Shown here piece after piece: positions 37,189 to 49,915 of a stretch of 57,781 nt of DNA. Source of the stretch: Macrostomum lignano. Lineage: Eukaryota. The notes under the pieces are model-generated. The model saw only the letters and a program-made list of their open reading frames with translations. It was not told the origin of the DNA and searched no databases. Both the position numbers and the translations under genes were made by a program. Every line of letters starts with the position of its first letter. The first letter of the stretch is position 1. Where the stretch lies: positions 1 to 57,781 of the forward strand of contig NIVC01000809.1 in NCBI GenBank assembly GCA_002269645.1, in the 5' to 3' direction.

Positions 37189-39653
37189 ATGGCAGGTGAA
37201 GAAGCTCAGGAGCGCAACGAAAACCGGACTAATTTACTTGCGGCGTTTGCTGAGCGAACCTCGGCTCACGGAGTCGCTCGACTAACCAGCGGCTCGACAC
37301 CGCAGAGGCTGGTCTGGCTCTGCGTCATCATCGGTTCCAGCTGCGGATTTGGGGTCCACCTGCACCAGCTGGCCATGAAGTGCATCGAGCCGCCGATCAA
37401 CACCGAGTACAGCGAGAAGACGCCGGTGCTGTTTCCTTGGGTCACGATCTGTCCAACCGACTACATTTTTAGAGCTCGCCACCGAAGCTCTAACATTGAA
37501 GGAACTGTGAATGACAGACGTGAGGGTGTTAGAAACCTAGCCATAAACTACTAAATGGTTTCACAGATATCAAAATTAAAAAAAATTATCAGATTAACCA
37601 AAATTCAAGCATCACTTTCAGGCGTCTCAATCAGTCCATCGGATATGGCAACTAACATTGGCAAGCTTTACTACCGTCTCGAATTTGACTCGAACTGGAG
37701 CCGCCCGGCACCGAGGATTGCCCCAGGATCGTTCGAGAACAGCCGACACTCTCTGAGAGGGCAGTTCTTCAAGGCAAAGCCCTACCAGGAAACTCACGAG
37801 TCAGTGATTTATTGCGAGTTCAACTATCTGAAATGCAGCTTCTTGAACTTTACGTATTACAAGGACGAAAACTAGTAAGCAAGTATTTAATCTGGTATTA
37901 GTGCTGTTTTAAACAGACGGCTCTCAAGTATATATTTATGCTTTTTCAGCTTCGCCTGCATGACTTTTCAACCTGATAGTAGAGTTCTTGCTCAGAAGGG
38001 CGAGCGCGGTGGCCTATTCCTGCTGCTGTACCATAGGGGCATGTCCTTCTACAACAGCCGCGAGCAGATGGAGGGCTCAAATGCTTTCAAGGTTGCACTA
38101 CACGAACCAGGTCAGACAAGAGGAATACAGTACAATACGCATGCTATGTGTGACTACCGGTACACTTAATTGAGAATGCTAATCTGATATGAAGCATCTC
38201 CCGCGTTTGCTGTTACAGGTTTCAGACCCGACATGAACACGGCTCTCACGGCTCCACTAGCCACCAAGACTGCGATCGAGTTCACACCAAAAATTGAAAA
38301 TACTCTAAACAGACGAGAGAATCCTTGCGCAGAGAGCTTACCCAATTCGACCTACGTGACCGACTACTCAAGACCCGGTGACTTTGAGAATGCCACCTTC
38401 TTTTCAACGGAGAACGACTGTCTGATCCGCCTGCAGCAGCTGGAGTTTGTGAAAGAATGCGGCTGTCTTGGAGAGCATCTGGCCCTGCCAGCTGACTTGA
38501 TGCAGCTCTGGCCAGTGTGCCACGAGCTTCCTTATGAGGTATCAAAATCCAGACTCCCGTTTTCATGCATTACCAACATGGAATTTTTATCTATTTAGGA
38601 CAACAGAGTAAGATTTGAAAATTTTTAAGTTTAAGCTGGCATATAGACATGAAATTTCAGTGCAAGCTATCCTGACCTATGCAATCTGATTGGCTAAGCT
38701 TTGGAGCAACTGTTGTTTGACCTACAAACTCTCACTTCAAGCTCAAGTGCGCTCTGTAATAAAATGCAAAAATCTATATCTGCTCGCGTTACAGGTGGCC
38801 TTCCGCAGCATCACCAGCGTGCCTATCGGCAGTGGTCTAGGCTATAGCTACACTATCACTAATGACTCGAGTCTGCAGGAGCCGATGGAACTGTTTGTCA
38901 CCCAGAGACAAGTCGAGTTCGATCGCTTGTCTGCCCGCCTAAAGTGCTTCAACCGAGTACTCCAGAGTCACGCGAAGTCTGGCATTCGCGGATCGGAGGC
39001 TTGCCAGAAGCTATGCCAGCAAACCAGCTTCCCGGCTACTCGAATTTCGGATCCCTGGCCGCCTTCACAGATCCTGATGGTCAATGGACCTGTTATGCTC
39101 GCACTGAACACGCTGATTTCTGCGGTCAAACAGGCTGATCGCTTTTATTTAGAGCTGAATAACGCCAGGGACTCTGTGTCCAAGGAGCTCAAGGAGAGCT
39201 ACGGCATTGTCAAGGTTTTCACTCTCTCTTCTAAGGTCACAGTTTCTACCGAGGAGTTTGCCTACTTGCTGAAGGACTTCTTCTCCGATCTGGGCGGCAT
39301 TCTCGGTAATACTCATGTTTTCAATGGGTTCAATGGGTTCAAGTCAACTTTTCTGCATCTCTGGCGCCGTCGAACTTACTCAAAACCAAAATTGGACGTA
39401 ACTATTGACTTTTTAAATATTCTAATCCGCTTAAATCCCTGCAGGCCTTTGGCTTGGCGTCTCTGTCATCACTCTTATGGAGCTTGTCGACCTGCTGGCT
39501 CAGCTGCTCGCCTCCTGTACCATCAGAAAGATCGATAGCAGGCGGATTGGCAGATCGGCGAGCGAGGACGAACCCGGAAAGTCTGCGGATACGCAAAATT
39601 CACCAAAGCAACAAAAGAGACGCACAGAAATGAATATTGAAGAGGTGCGCTAA
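37189..39653 (+). CDS. DEG/ENaC channel subunit, copy B (FaNaC-like), intact ~594 aa
   Basis: Exons 37189-37519, 37622-37874, 37950-38110, 38219-38538, 38795-39305, 39445-39653 splice in frame. Motifs FAERTSAHG, TM1, FPWVTICP, YCEF..CSFLNF, ECGC, FFSDLGGILGLWLGVSVITLMELVDL. Intron positions and phases match copy A. Confidence 0.95.
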
Positions 39654-41156
39654 CCGCTGATAAGATTGTGAGAAAAGCGCTATATTCCCTGGCGACCCGA
39701 GTTGATGATTTTGAAGCTATTTTGTTGTGTTTGTTGTTTTGTTGTAACTTTGTTAACTCTTATTACTCGTACTATCAACCTTTTTGGATTAGATTTTCTT
39801 TTTCGTTTCAAATTAGTTACTTTGTGCGTACTGGTCTTATATAAAGCATGATTTTCTGACGATGTACAAGCAAGTCTTAATTGAATCTTTAAGCAAGTTG
39901 AATTGTTGCTGGGTGATTAATCGATGGTCCACTCTCGCTTTAAATTTCACAAAACATATGGCTATGTCGAGTTACTTGGTGGAAACGAATACAAAGTGTT
40001 TATTTTGACTCATAATTTTGACTATCAGAGATTGGATAGAGAAAATTTCGGGAAGAAGCTGTCTTGATCGTTTTGTCTTGATAATGAGGATTATTTACCT
40101 GTATAATCAGGGTTAAAATAGGTTGTTTTGAACTAGTCACTAAATAATATTACATTATGCCAGCTAAATTGATTTGGATGGAAAGCAATTTACAACCATG
40201 GCAGCAATCCATATACTAAATACGAGCGTAGTTTCAACTCTCGTAGTCACAATCACAATCAAGTTAAATCAAGCCAATTGTTGCATAAAATCAAATAGCT
40301 ATTAGAACCTATTTCGTCACATTGTATATCAGTTATGCCGTTATGGCATCTGCATGCCGGCTCCTTCGACAGTGTGAATGAGCCTCGTTATCGGGGTAGC
40401 ATTGCTGGGGGTAGCATTGCTGGGTAGCATTGTTGTTTTTGTTGGCATTGTTATGGACATTCGCTTGTAGTATTTGCAGTATTTGCAGTATTCGCTTGAT
40501 GGTGAAACAGCTGCCCATGACAGATTAGGAGTGGAATCCACCGTCATCATTCTGGCTCACAAATGCCCAGGGACATCTGCAGCTAACCCTCAGGCAAGCA
40601 CCAATAAGTCTGCCTCACTTTGGCTTCTAACTGAATCAGTAGCAAAGAAGTACGAATAATAATATAGCGTAAAACCGCTTAACTTTGATAAATGCTTGTG
40701 CTTTGATAAATCTCCCTGCTCCCCAATCCATTCGATTAAGCCTTCCAAGACTGTTGATAATGCTTGAGGCAGGAGGCACTTCTTCTGCCCTATAGTCTCT
40801 GCCGGTAGTTGCAGAGTCTAGACAAAGTAAGCCTGCAGAATAAACAGAATTGTTATTCTCTTTGTGTTGACTCTAACTGACTCTCTGCTGCTGTTGTATC
40901 TGCGATGGTAGGAGTAGTATTCCTCCAAAACCTACGGGAAAAAGGATTCTGTCTGTCTCTTCCTTCGAAAAAATGGGAAGCAAATTTTCTGTTGCCTTGA
41001 CAACCGATTAGACAGTTTAAGTTAAAACAAGAAGGAACCGAATTCAATCATTTGGATTTGGGATGAGGCATTCAAATGATTACATCATTACATAGAAGCT
41101 GCGTCTTTCTAGCTGATTCATTTTAGTCTTATTAAACGGGTTCCCTGCTCTGTGCC

Positions 41157-41480
41157 ATGGCTGAAGAAGCTCAGGAGCAAAACGAAAACCGGACCAATTT
41201 ACTCGTGGCGTTTGCTGAGCGAACCTCGGCTCACGGAGTCGCTCGACTAACCAGCGGCTCTACGCCGCAAAGGCTGGTCAGGCTCTGCATCATAATCGCA
41301 GCCAGCTGCGGATTCGAGGTCCACCTGCACCAGCTGGCCATGAAGTGCATCGAGCCGCGATCAACACCTAGTACAGCGAGAAGACGGCCGGTGCTGTTTC
41401 CTTGATCTGTCCTAAAATTGAAGAAACTTTGAATGATAGACGTGAGGAAGTTTTGGAAATGAATCCTAGCCATAAACCCT
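41157..41480 (+). pseudogene. DEG/ENaC exon-1 relic 2 (exon 1 plus start of intron 1 of copy B)
   Basis: MAEEAQEQNENRTNLLVAFAERTSAHGVARLTSGSTPQRLVRLC..KCIEP, then indels, TGG to TGA in FPW and an internal deletion. The following GACGTGAGG..CCTAGCCATAAAC matches copy B intron 1. Confidence 0.88.
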
Positions 41481-42240
41481 AAAATATTCTCTGAGCTGCA
41501 GGCCTTGGCTGCCGTCTGCTCTCCCCCTTTGATCTTTTTGCCTGCTATTTAGTTTGCCATCTGGCTGCCTCGGCTCGCGTGGAAACACCTGAAGTGTATT
41601 TCTCCAGGACGATTTAATGCCATTTATCTTCTTAAAGTAGTCTTTATTGGTTTTTCTCTTTAGCATGCAGTAAATGCGCTGTCTCTTACTGCAAAGACTC
41701 CATTTATTGCATGCCAACGTCAACTCTTTCTTCATAAAGAGTCGATCGTCGCTGTATGCAATCATCGCTGATTCCAGAACCTGCCGATTCCTGAGCATGC
41801 TGCTGAGGCCATCGCTGAAATTGCAGTCCTTGGTCATGCCAATTTGCGAAGCTCAGCCAGGAACTCTGCCACACAGATTCGCCTGCTTGACCGGCTTCTG
41901 CTGTAGAACTTGAATGGTTGGAAAATCTCTGGCGGCGTTGGATCGAAATGGTCCGCAGTCAGTTGGCTTTGCATGTGAAAATAGGTTCGACATTGGTAAG
42001 TGTAAGGTGTCTCTAGATATGTCGCAGGTGCTCATGCAGCGGATTTTCAACACAACTAAGCACCACTCGAGCCACAGAACTGAAGTCATTAACAACACCA
42101 TGTAGTTGCTGGTCTTCGTTTTGCCGGCAAAATTCCTTGTAAAACTGTGGTCCAATATTTCAGTTTTGAGCAGCGTATATCCTGCAGCTTGTCTTCTACC
42201 GTTGAAATATCGAAATATTGCAATTAAGCGCGTGTATAAA
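41480..42240 (-). mobile_element. Gypsy gag relic
   Basis: Broken frames give ADHFDPTPPEIFQPFKFYSR..VAEFLAELRKLA / CNFSDGLSSMLRN / GISDDCIQRR..KELTL, typical of Gypsy gag. Confidence 0.7.
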
Positions 42241-43170
42241 TAGAGAAAGAGAAGCTCGTAAAAAGCACATCCTTTCAAACTCTACTTGTGTAGGCCTATA
42301 TTCGGCAATTAACCTCGAGGTACGTATAGCAACGATAACACAATTTTGATAGGGATCCCATATATTTCCTAGCCCTGTTGTAAAAGTGTATAATGATTAC
42401 ATGTATTTAGTATCTGTTTCATAGTTACACTATTTTAAGCTCATAAATGTTTTGTTTTCGTGTCTATTGGTCAAAATACATGGTCGCCGTTACCACTAGG
42501 CATGCAATAACAATTAAATTAGCTCAAGTTTAAGATGGTTGTGCGCGAGCTAAGCTTCTCAGATTATTCAGAAAATTTTCTCAGATTCTAACAAAAGTTA
42601 CTGTGTCAGAAAGGTAAAAAAGTTAAATGCAAACTTTGCTGGTACAAAGGAATAAAAATTCTTTTGAAATTTAAGGTATTTACTTCCCATGAAAGTCTGT
42701 TTGCATGTAAATTTTGAAATTTCAAAGAGGCTTTGCTTTCTTCTGAGAACAGATTGCACACACGTGCGTGTGTGACCAAGGCCTACTTTAAGTAAGAGTA
42801 AAAGTAAGATTAGTCCTAGACCTTAGACATGACACATGACTTGTGTTGTGTAAGCAAGACGTGTGAGCAAGAAGCTACGTCGACCTTAATATTTTGATAT
42901 CTTGCTAAAAGTATGCATAAGAATATTGTATTATGGATACATTGGATTTGGATAGGCCTTTTGAATTTGTCAATTTTGATTGTTGGATTTGCTTGCAATT
43001 TTTAAATTATGGATTTATGCTATTAATTGATGACTGACAAGGCTGACATCATAGGCCTATCTTCAATAAAATTGATCTGAAGTAACAGATTAGATTAGGC
43101 TAATAAAGACAAATTTAGGCCTATTAGTATTATTATTAAGAAACATTCATCAGTCTAGTTTAGTGTAAAT

Positions 43171-43286
43171 GGGGTCATACTATAAAGCTGTCGTAGCGTA
43201 AGTTCGATTGTACGTCGGAACTTTTACACTGCGAAGATAGGAGCTAAGATCGATCTTATCTTACGATGGCTTTATAGAATGGGCCC
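43171..43286. mobile_element. 116-bp PIF/Harbinger-like MITE
   Basis: Imperfect ~26-bp TIRs GGGGTCATACTATAAAGCTGTCGTAG / CTTACGATGGCTTTATAGAATGGGCCC with a 3-bp AAT duplication on both sides. Confidence 0.75.
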
Positions 43287-43428
43287 AATATTTTTTAAGC
43301 ATCATTGTTTGTGAAATAGGGCCTATATTCAGTATAGTAGGGGCCTAGGCCTAGATCTTGTCTTGAATTGGCCCTTTTTGATATTTAGTAGGCCCTATTT
43401 CACCTACTACCTAGACTAAGCCTATAGA

Positions 43429-43808
43429 CAGTGGCGTAGCCATGGGGGGCCACAGCCCCCCCCCCCAATTGCCGGAGGGGGGGGGTTGGGTGTGACAAGT
43501 ACCAAAAACCATGAGGCAATTGAGTGCCTGCAGTGCTAAAATGAGTGCCTGTGGTACTGAAATGAGTGCCTAGGCCTATGACACTAAAATGAGTGCCTGT
43601 GGCACCAAAATGAGTGCCTACGGCACTAAAATGAGTACCTATAGATGCTAAAATGAGTGCCTACGATGCCAAAATGAGTGCTTGCGGCGCTAAAATGAGT
43701 GCTTGCAGTGTTTAACTAAGTGCTTGCAGTGCCAAAAGTGGCAATGGCATAAGGCATAGCCAGCCAAGCCAACCCCCTCTCAAATTGAAATTCCTAATTA
43801 TGCCATTG
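43429..43808. mobile_element. 380-bp hAT MITE with internal ~21-bp repeats
   Basis: Ends CAGTGGCGTAG / TTATGCCATTG; perfect 8-bp TSD CCTATAGA (43421-43428 and 43809-43816); internal AAAATGAGTGCCTGCGGCGC-type repeats. Confidence 0.9.
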
Positions 43809-46360
43809 CCTATAGAAATTTTTTGAAAAAAGATTTCAAAGCTTGAATTTCAGAATTAGAAATATAGTTATCTAATTTTATTAAATGGTGGTCAAAAACT
43901 AGATGCAAACAATACTATACCTAATTCTTTCTTTTTCCTTTTTTTAATATAGGTCTATCTCTATCCTTTTCTTATTATTACTTTAAGCCTATATGTTTCT
44001 AAATAGTACTCACTTTTGTAAAAACTTTGTAATTCCTAAGACCTATTTATAAAAATTCTCTTCTAGGCCTAGTCTATAGTCAATTTTTAAGCTAGATCTT
44101 TAACCTTGATCTTTAACTTGATATTATCGTTCTATTTCTATTATAAGTGTAACTAAACATTCTATATATTTTGTTCATATCTATATCACTGTAGTCTAGA
44201 CAAGTGCAAATCCAAAAAATTGTAATAGGGGAGCACAGATTACTAAAGGTACTAATGATAATGTGTATTTTCCATATAAAAATCAAACTCAACAGGAAGC
44301 ATGTACCTTATGTGCCCCCCTCTCCCTAATTCTGTTAATGAGTCTGGATCATGCTGGTGCATACCTAAACAAAAATCTAATATTTATAAATGCATATAAA
44401 AAAATGAATATATGCTTAAACTCTTAAATCTAGACCTATGTTGCAAGAATAAATGACCTTCTTGAATTTCAACAGTGAATGACCTTTTTGCATTGCATAA
44501 AAGACCTTTTTGGCTGATAATTTGATTATTTTTCTTTTTTGTCTAGACTATTTATAGCAATAATTTAATGTGTACAAAAATTTGTTTAAATGCCTTATTA
44601 TTGAGCTTAAAAGCTAGAGAGCTTGAAATTTATGCTTAAATATGAAAAGTTTAACTTTTTTCTGCATGATTCTATGAAATGCACACCAGGTATGTATGCA
44701 CAACTTTAGGCATGCAAGGCCAATACAGGCCCAAATTTTGGTGTATACTACATGATCTGGAGTGTGGCTATATTATATCTATATCTTGTGTACCTAACAA
44801 ATAATTTTCTTTAATGTTTAATGCTATTAAATTTAATGGCTATAGTTTTTCTAGTATTCACTATAATATAGTGATAAAATAAAAAATGACATCAATAGTT
44901 CAACCTATCACTTATTACTAGGTCTTATTTATTTGAGATAGGCCTTATTTAGCATTGCTCATTTTCTTAGAAAGTAATTGTATTTGAAACTAGGCTATTT
45001 TTGTTTTAATGAGTATAATATCAGTAATATTATAAATATTATGAAATTTTATTTGTTTAAAACAAAACTGAGAAAGGGGTATAAATACACAAGCAGAATC
45101 AAAAGGAAACCAACTTGTCCGCCACTTGCTTCAAGCTTGAAATTGTTCTAGTATCTCGAAATTGAAGCCTTGTTCAATACTTATGACTTAGTTATTTAGG
45201 TAGAAGCATTAAGAAGCCAAAAATGGGAGAGTTCAAACCATTCTCAGAAGAATGAAAAATCTAAATCTAGAAATCTGAGAAGTTGCCTTTAGAAAGGCAG
45301 AGATCCTACCACAAGGTAGAGAAGTCCAGACTCAGAGTCTGAGATACCCACCTCAGGGCAGAATAACTAGCAAATAAGCTGTGACCCTCTGATCCTGGGA
45401 ACGCCTAGGACTGAGAGAATAATATCTTTAGAGGACTATAGGAATAGGATAGACAGTGCCATTAGACCACTCAGGCTAAAAAGTATACACACTACCAATA
45501 GAAGTACATGCACTACCAGTAAAAAGGCAAGTAATAACCAGTAAGATCAGTAAGAAGAAATAACCCCTGTTACAACTTTGGTGGCTAACCAGTAGGATTA
45601 TTTATAAAGACAGAACAGAAGCAAGCCCTACATCAACTTTTGGTCTCAGTGGTAGGATTTTGTATTGTACAGGAACACCGCTAGTACATATTCATTATAT
45701 AAAAAATATTGTGCAAAGAATTTATCTTCAAATATTTAGCCTTTACCACCTAACATGCTCATGGTATTGAAAATCCATTGTTTGAGTCCCCAACCCTAGG
45801 GAGCTCATACAAATATCTCATAAAAGATAGCTATGGGAACTAGAACTAGATTTATTTGGGAATAATGAATGTGGAGTTAATAGGATTCAAGAGGCTATGG
45901 AAAATCTCTATCCTGACAGTCCCTCATGACAACTACTCATTGTCTTTTTTACCTTTTTTGTTGTTAGGGAGATCAATTTTTGTGATTTACTTTGGCTACT
46001 CATAGTGGTCTCTTTACCCAGCTAGATTTTCAGCATAATTTGTTGCTCCACTTTTTAGCTCTTGGCCCACAAGTTGACAAAAATGCACTAGAGTTCTGCC
46101 ATAGCAAGGAATATGGCTTTGGGAAGTTTATAGATATGGAGGTTTTTAGACAAAGCATATGAATATGGTTATGGGAATACATATTTCCCATATCTAGTTC
46201 CTGTATCTAGTAATACCATTCATCTGAGTCTTGAAAGACCATTGAGCTGTTGATTTGATGGGAGTTATGATATTAATAGTACTAGTACAGTTGAAGCAGA
46301 GCATCAGTTAGAGTTAGCCTAAATTCAACTAATTAGATTTCAGTGCATGCTGCTGCATCG

Positions 46361-48023
46361 ATGATTGCACAGCGCCTATCTATACTAAGCTGCCAAATTT
46401 GCCGCAGCTGGCTTCGCAGTCTGAGCAGCAATGCCGGCAGTTTAGCAACTTCACTGCGCAGTCACGCCTGCGGCCAGCTCAGCTCGAGCCTCGCTGGCCA
46501 ACCCGCCACTTTGTGCGGCTGGCTTGCCCGCCTGCGGAATCGGGGACAGTTCGCCCTGCTGCGGGATCGCTATGGGACTGTTCAGGTATTTGTCTGCTGT
46601 ACAATGTTCATTGGTTCCTTGTCCGAATCTTCCCAATTCCGAAATCATAGTCGAATCTTCCCTATTCCAAAATATTTGTGTCAAAATCTCCCCGATTCCA
46701 AAATCATTGTGTCCGAAATCATTGTGTCCGAATCTTCCCTATTCCGATATTTGTGTATAAAGCTCCCTGAAATCATTGTGACCGAATCTTCCCAATTCCG
46801 AAATCATTGTGTCCGAATCTTCCCTATTCCGAAATATTTGTGTATAAAGCTCCCTGATTCCGAAATCATTGTGACCGAATCTTCCCAATTCCGAAATCAT
46901 AGTATCCGAATCTTCCCTATTCCAAAATATTTGTGTCCAAATCTCCCCGATTCCGAAATTATAGTGTCCGAATCTTCCCGATTCCAAAATATTTAAGCCC
47001 GAATCTCCCCGATTCTGAAATCATTGTGTCTGAATCTTCCTGATTCCAAAATCTTTTCCAATTCGATATTATTTGTCCTAAATCTTCCTGATCCCGAAAT
47101 CTTTGTGTCCGAATCTTCCCATTTCTAAAATCTGTGTCCGAATCTTCCCGATTCCGAACTACTGGTCCCAAACCGTCCCATCCCCGCAGGTTGTGCCGGC
47201 CAACCCGGCAGCTCGGGCGGCTCTCCGCTCAGCGCCGCTGGAATCAACCCTGCAAGTGTCCGGTTTGTGCAGCTCCGTCCCGAGCGGGATCGAAATCCCA
47301 GCATGCCAACTGGAGAAATCGAACTCGTGGCCGACACCGTGACGGTCATGGGTCCCGTGGCGAATGAGGCAGTGCCGCTGCTGCCACAGAACGCTGACAG
47401 AGGCATGCGGAGACCCGGTTGAAATACAGGCTAGTGCATCGTGTTGGGACTTCGGGGCTGGGACTTCAGCTGATCAACCCCAGCTTCATCGCGTTTGGGT
47501 CATCAGTACCGGCTTCCGTGGTACTGGTCATGAATCTTGAATTCAGTAGGTTATTACCAATCTTGTTTCAATGGTCATCGGTCCCGGTTTCAGTGGGTAT
47601 CAGTCACAGTCTCGGTGGGTCATCAGTGACAGTTTCGGTGAGTCATCAGCCAGTTTGTCATTCATCAGTGCTAACCTTGCATCTGCTAATCAACCCTTTA
47701 TCGCAGGCACCTGGCCCTTCGCTCTGACTCTATGCAGTGCCGTCTGGAGCTCGATCGTCTCTGCTGCACAGCCTGCGCCGGTTCCTGGTTGAGCAGCATC
47801 GCTTTGTCGAGCTGGAGACGCCGACGCTGTTCCGAGCCACGCCCGGTGGCGCCAGGGAGTTCGTGGTCCCGGCACGATTGCACAGGGGCAGAGGAGAGCG
47901 CTGCCAGGGCTACTCGCTTGTTCAGAGTCCTCAGCAGCTCAAACAGCTACTCATGATGGCCGGATTTGATCGCTATTTTCAGCTGGCCAGGTGTTACAGG
48001 GACGAGAGTGGACGGCCTGACAG
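46361..48023 (+). CDS. DARS2: Mitochondrial aspartyl-tRNA synthetase, 5' three exons only, with at least 3 frameshifts
   Basis: Exon 46361-46585 (transit-peptide-like N-terminus, [23 protein letters not shown]); exon 47190-~47429 ([36 protein letters not shown]); exon 47707-48023 ([57 protein letters not shown]). Single-base deletions near 47268, 47410 and 47752. Later exons were not found in the window. Confidence 0.88.
46620..47160. repeat. ~31-bp composite minisatellite in DARS2 intron 1
   Basis: CCGAATCTTCCC(A/T/G)ATTCCGAAATCATTGTGT and variants; explains the repetitive tail of ORF 46343..46996. Confidence 0.9.
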
Positions 48024-48239
48024 GTGATGCACAATGAGTTGTTAATTCAGCTTTTTTAAATATTGATATTTAAATAGGCTCTAAAAACTAAAATCTTATC
48101 TAGACAAATCATTTGGCGTTAAAGGTCCCTAATATCGCTTCTAATCCACTTTAAGAACAGCCGCTGATCCACCCTAAGAATGGACTTTAATTCAATCTAA
48201 TGGCCTCTAATCTTAGCCTGGAGAATGCAGCCTGCAAAC

Positions 48240-49915
48240 CAAATCGCCCTGCTGCTAGCTGAGCTGCTGATTGAGGCTTGACTTATTTGCAGGGTGGTCT
48301 GCCACATCGCCCATTCCGCTAGCCCCTAAAGGCCCGCAGACAGGCAAGGGCGCAGGGCCGGTCAGGGTGGTTGCCAGTCCGTCCTGCAGCGTGATCTTCC
48401 GTGGTGAACAGAATGGCTCGTCTTGTTGCCCGGAGATGCTTTCGGGCTGGCTGGCAGACCTCGTCGATAGACGGGGTGGGTCCGAGGTAGCGTAGCCAGT
48501 CTCTGGTAAAGAAAGGCAGTGACAGACAAAGTGCTGAGCATCTTTATTCGCAAAAAGGGCAAAGTTCACTCTCGAGGTCGCCTTGGAGAAGCAGTGTCTG
48601 GCGAGGTAGTAATGACCGGTAAGTGTCATCGACAGCGGCGCGGATATCCTATTGATTTTGGTTAAGAAGGATGTTCCTGAGCCTGCGAGAGAGACACGAT
48701 TTCTGGGTGCCAGCCCATCTGTCCCTGTGAAGAGATCTAGCTCAGCCGTCGATCTGACGATTGATGACCGTGGAAAGGATAGGGACCAAGAGGCTCAGAG
48801 CCCAGGAAGGAGCCGGAGCCGCCCCTCTTGTCGAGGGTGTCTGCCATCTCGTTCCTGGAATTTACTTCAGCCTGACAGTATTGCTACTGGACAGGAGGTT
48901 GAGCTGCCGGGCGCAGTCAGTGACTGTCGGGGAGTTCGTGGAGGTGTGGCAAAGGGCCTGCAAGGCTGCTGGGCTGTCAGAGTGGATGACGATAGTCTCT
49001 CCTTTCATACCTTTGGCATTAAGTTCTGCAGCGCAGGAACTGATAGCAAAGACTTTGTTCTGGAAGACCGTGCAGAGTCTGCTAGTGTGCTGGGCATGCG
49101 TGGCAATGACGCGGCCGTTGATGATGATGATGATGCAGACCCAAAGCCGGCGTAGCCGTCTGATGGGTCCGTCCGTGTAACAACTAACAATGGACCTCCT
49201 GGAAATTCCAGTGGTCAGTGGCAGCATCCCTTGAGGGGATGGTGACCTTGTAGAGCTGAAAGAGGTTGAGAGCGCGGGGTTCACTGTCAGATAAGACGTG
49301 GAGCCCGCCGCTTTCTCTCAAGTCTTTAAGGCAGAGGTCGGCGTGAGGCAGGAGCTTGTGCTTAGGCATGACCCTACGGGGCAGGAAACGAATGCCGGCG
49401 TCAATCAGACGGCGGGCAGTCTTAGCAGCTTCCCTGCAGACAAATATGTCCAGAGGGGGAATGTTGAGGAGGGCGTTGAGGCCATTGTAAGGAGCAGACG
49501 GGGGCGCTCATGATCATGCGGCATGCGCGCCCTTGCGCTCTCCAGAAAGTCTCTAGGCAGGTTTCATCTGCAGGGCGCTAGCCCAAATCAGGCCGCCGTA
49601 CGAGATAGCAGGTCTAACCATTGCAGTGTAGATCCCCCAGAGGCGCTTGGGGGTGAGCCCCCAGGTGGTATCGACGGCCCTGCGCAGCTTCACGAGAATT
49701 GCGAGGGCCCTCTTGGCTGCATTCCTAGCGTGGGGTGACCAGTTCAGCCTTTGGTCCAGGGTAATCCCAGCCTGCTTTCTTTCCGTAAAGCGTAAGCGGC
49801 CGAATCTGCGAAATAGTCCTGCCGGTGAACATGATCGCTGCCATCTTTGTCTCAGAGAGCTTTAGACCGCAGCGATCGCCCATTGCTCAGCGGCGTAGAT
49901 GAAATTCTGAAGGAG
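48240..49915 (-). mobile_element. Degenerate RNase H-containing LINE (I/R1-group-like) after DARS2 exon 3
   Basis: GITLDQRLNWSPHARNAAKRARAIL..TWGLTPKRLWGIYTAMVRPAISYG (RT C-terminal); SCYTDG..TVFQ..IHSDSPAALQAL (RNase H); C-terminal HFVCHC. Confidence 0.85.

Noticed and set aside
40333-40550. Small ORF MGSCFT...QQCYPQQCYP
   Set aside because: Short, built from local duplications, with no splice partners or recognisable family.
45565-45670. LTR end plus tRNA-Leu-like primer-binding sites (TGGTGGCT.. / TGGTCTCAGTGGTAGGATT)
   Set aside because: Several mismatches to the expected PBS and no recognisable LTR partner or gag; too decayed to call.
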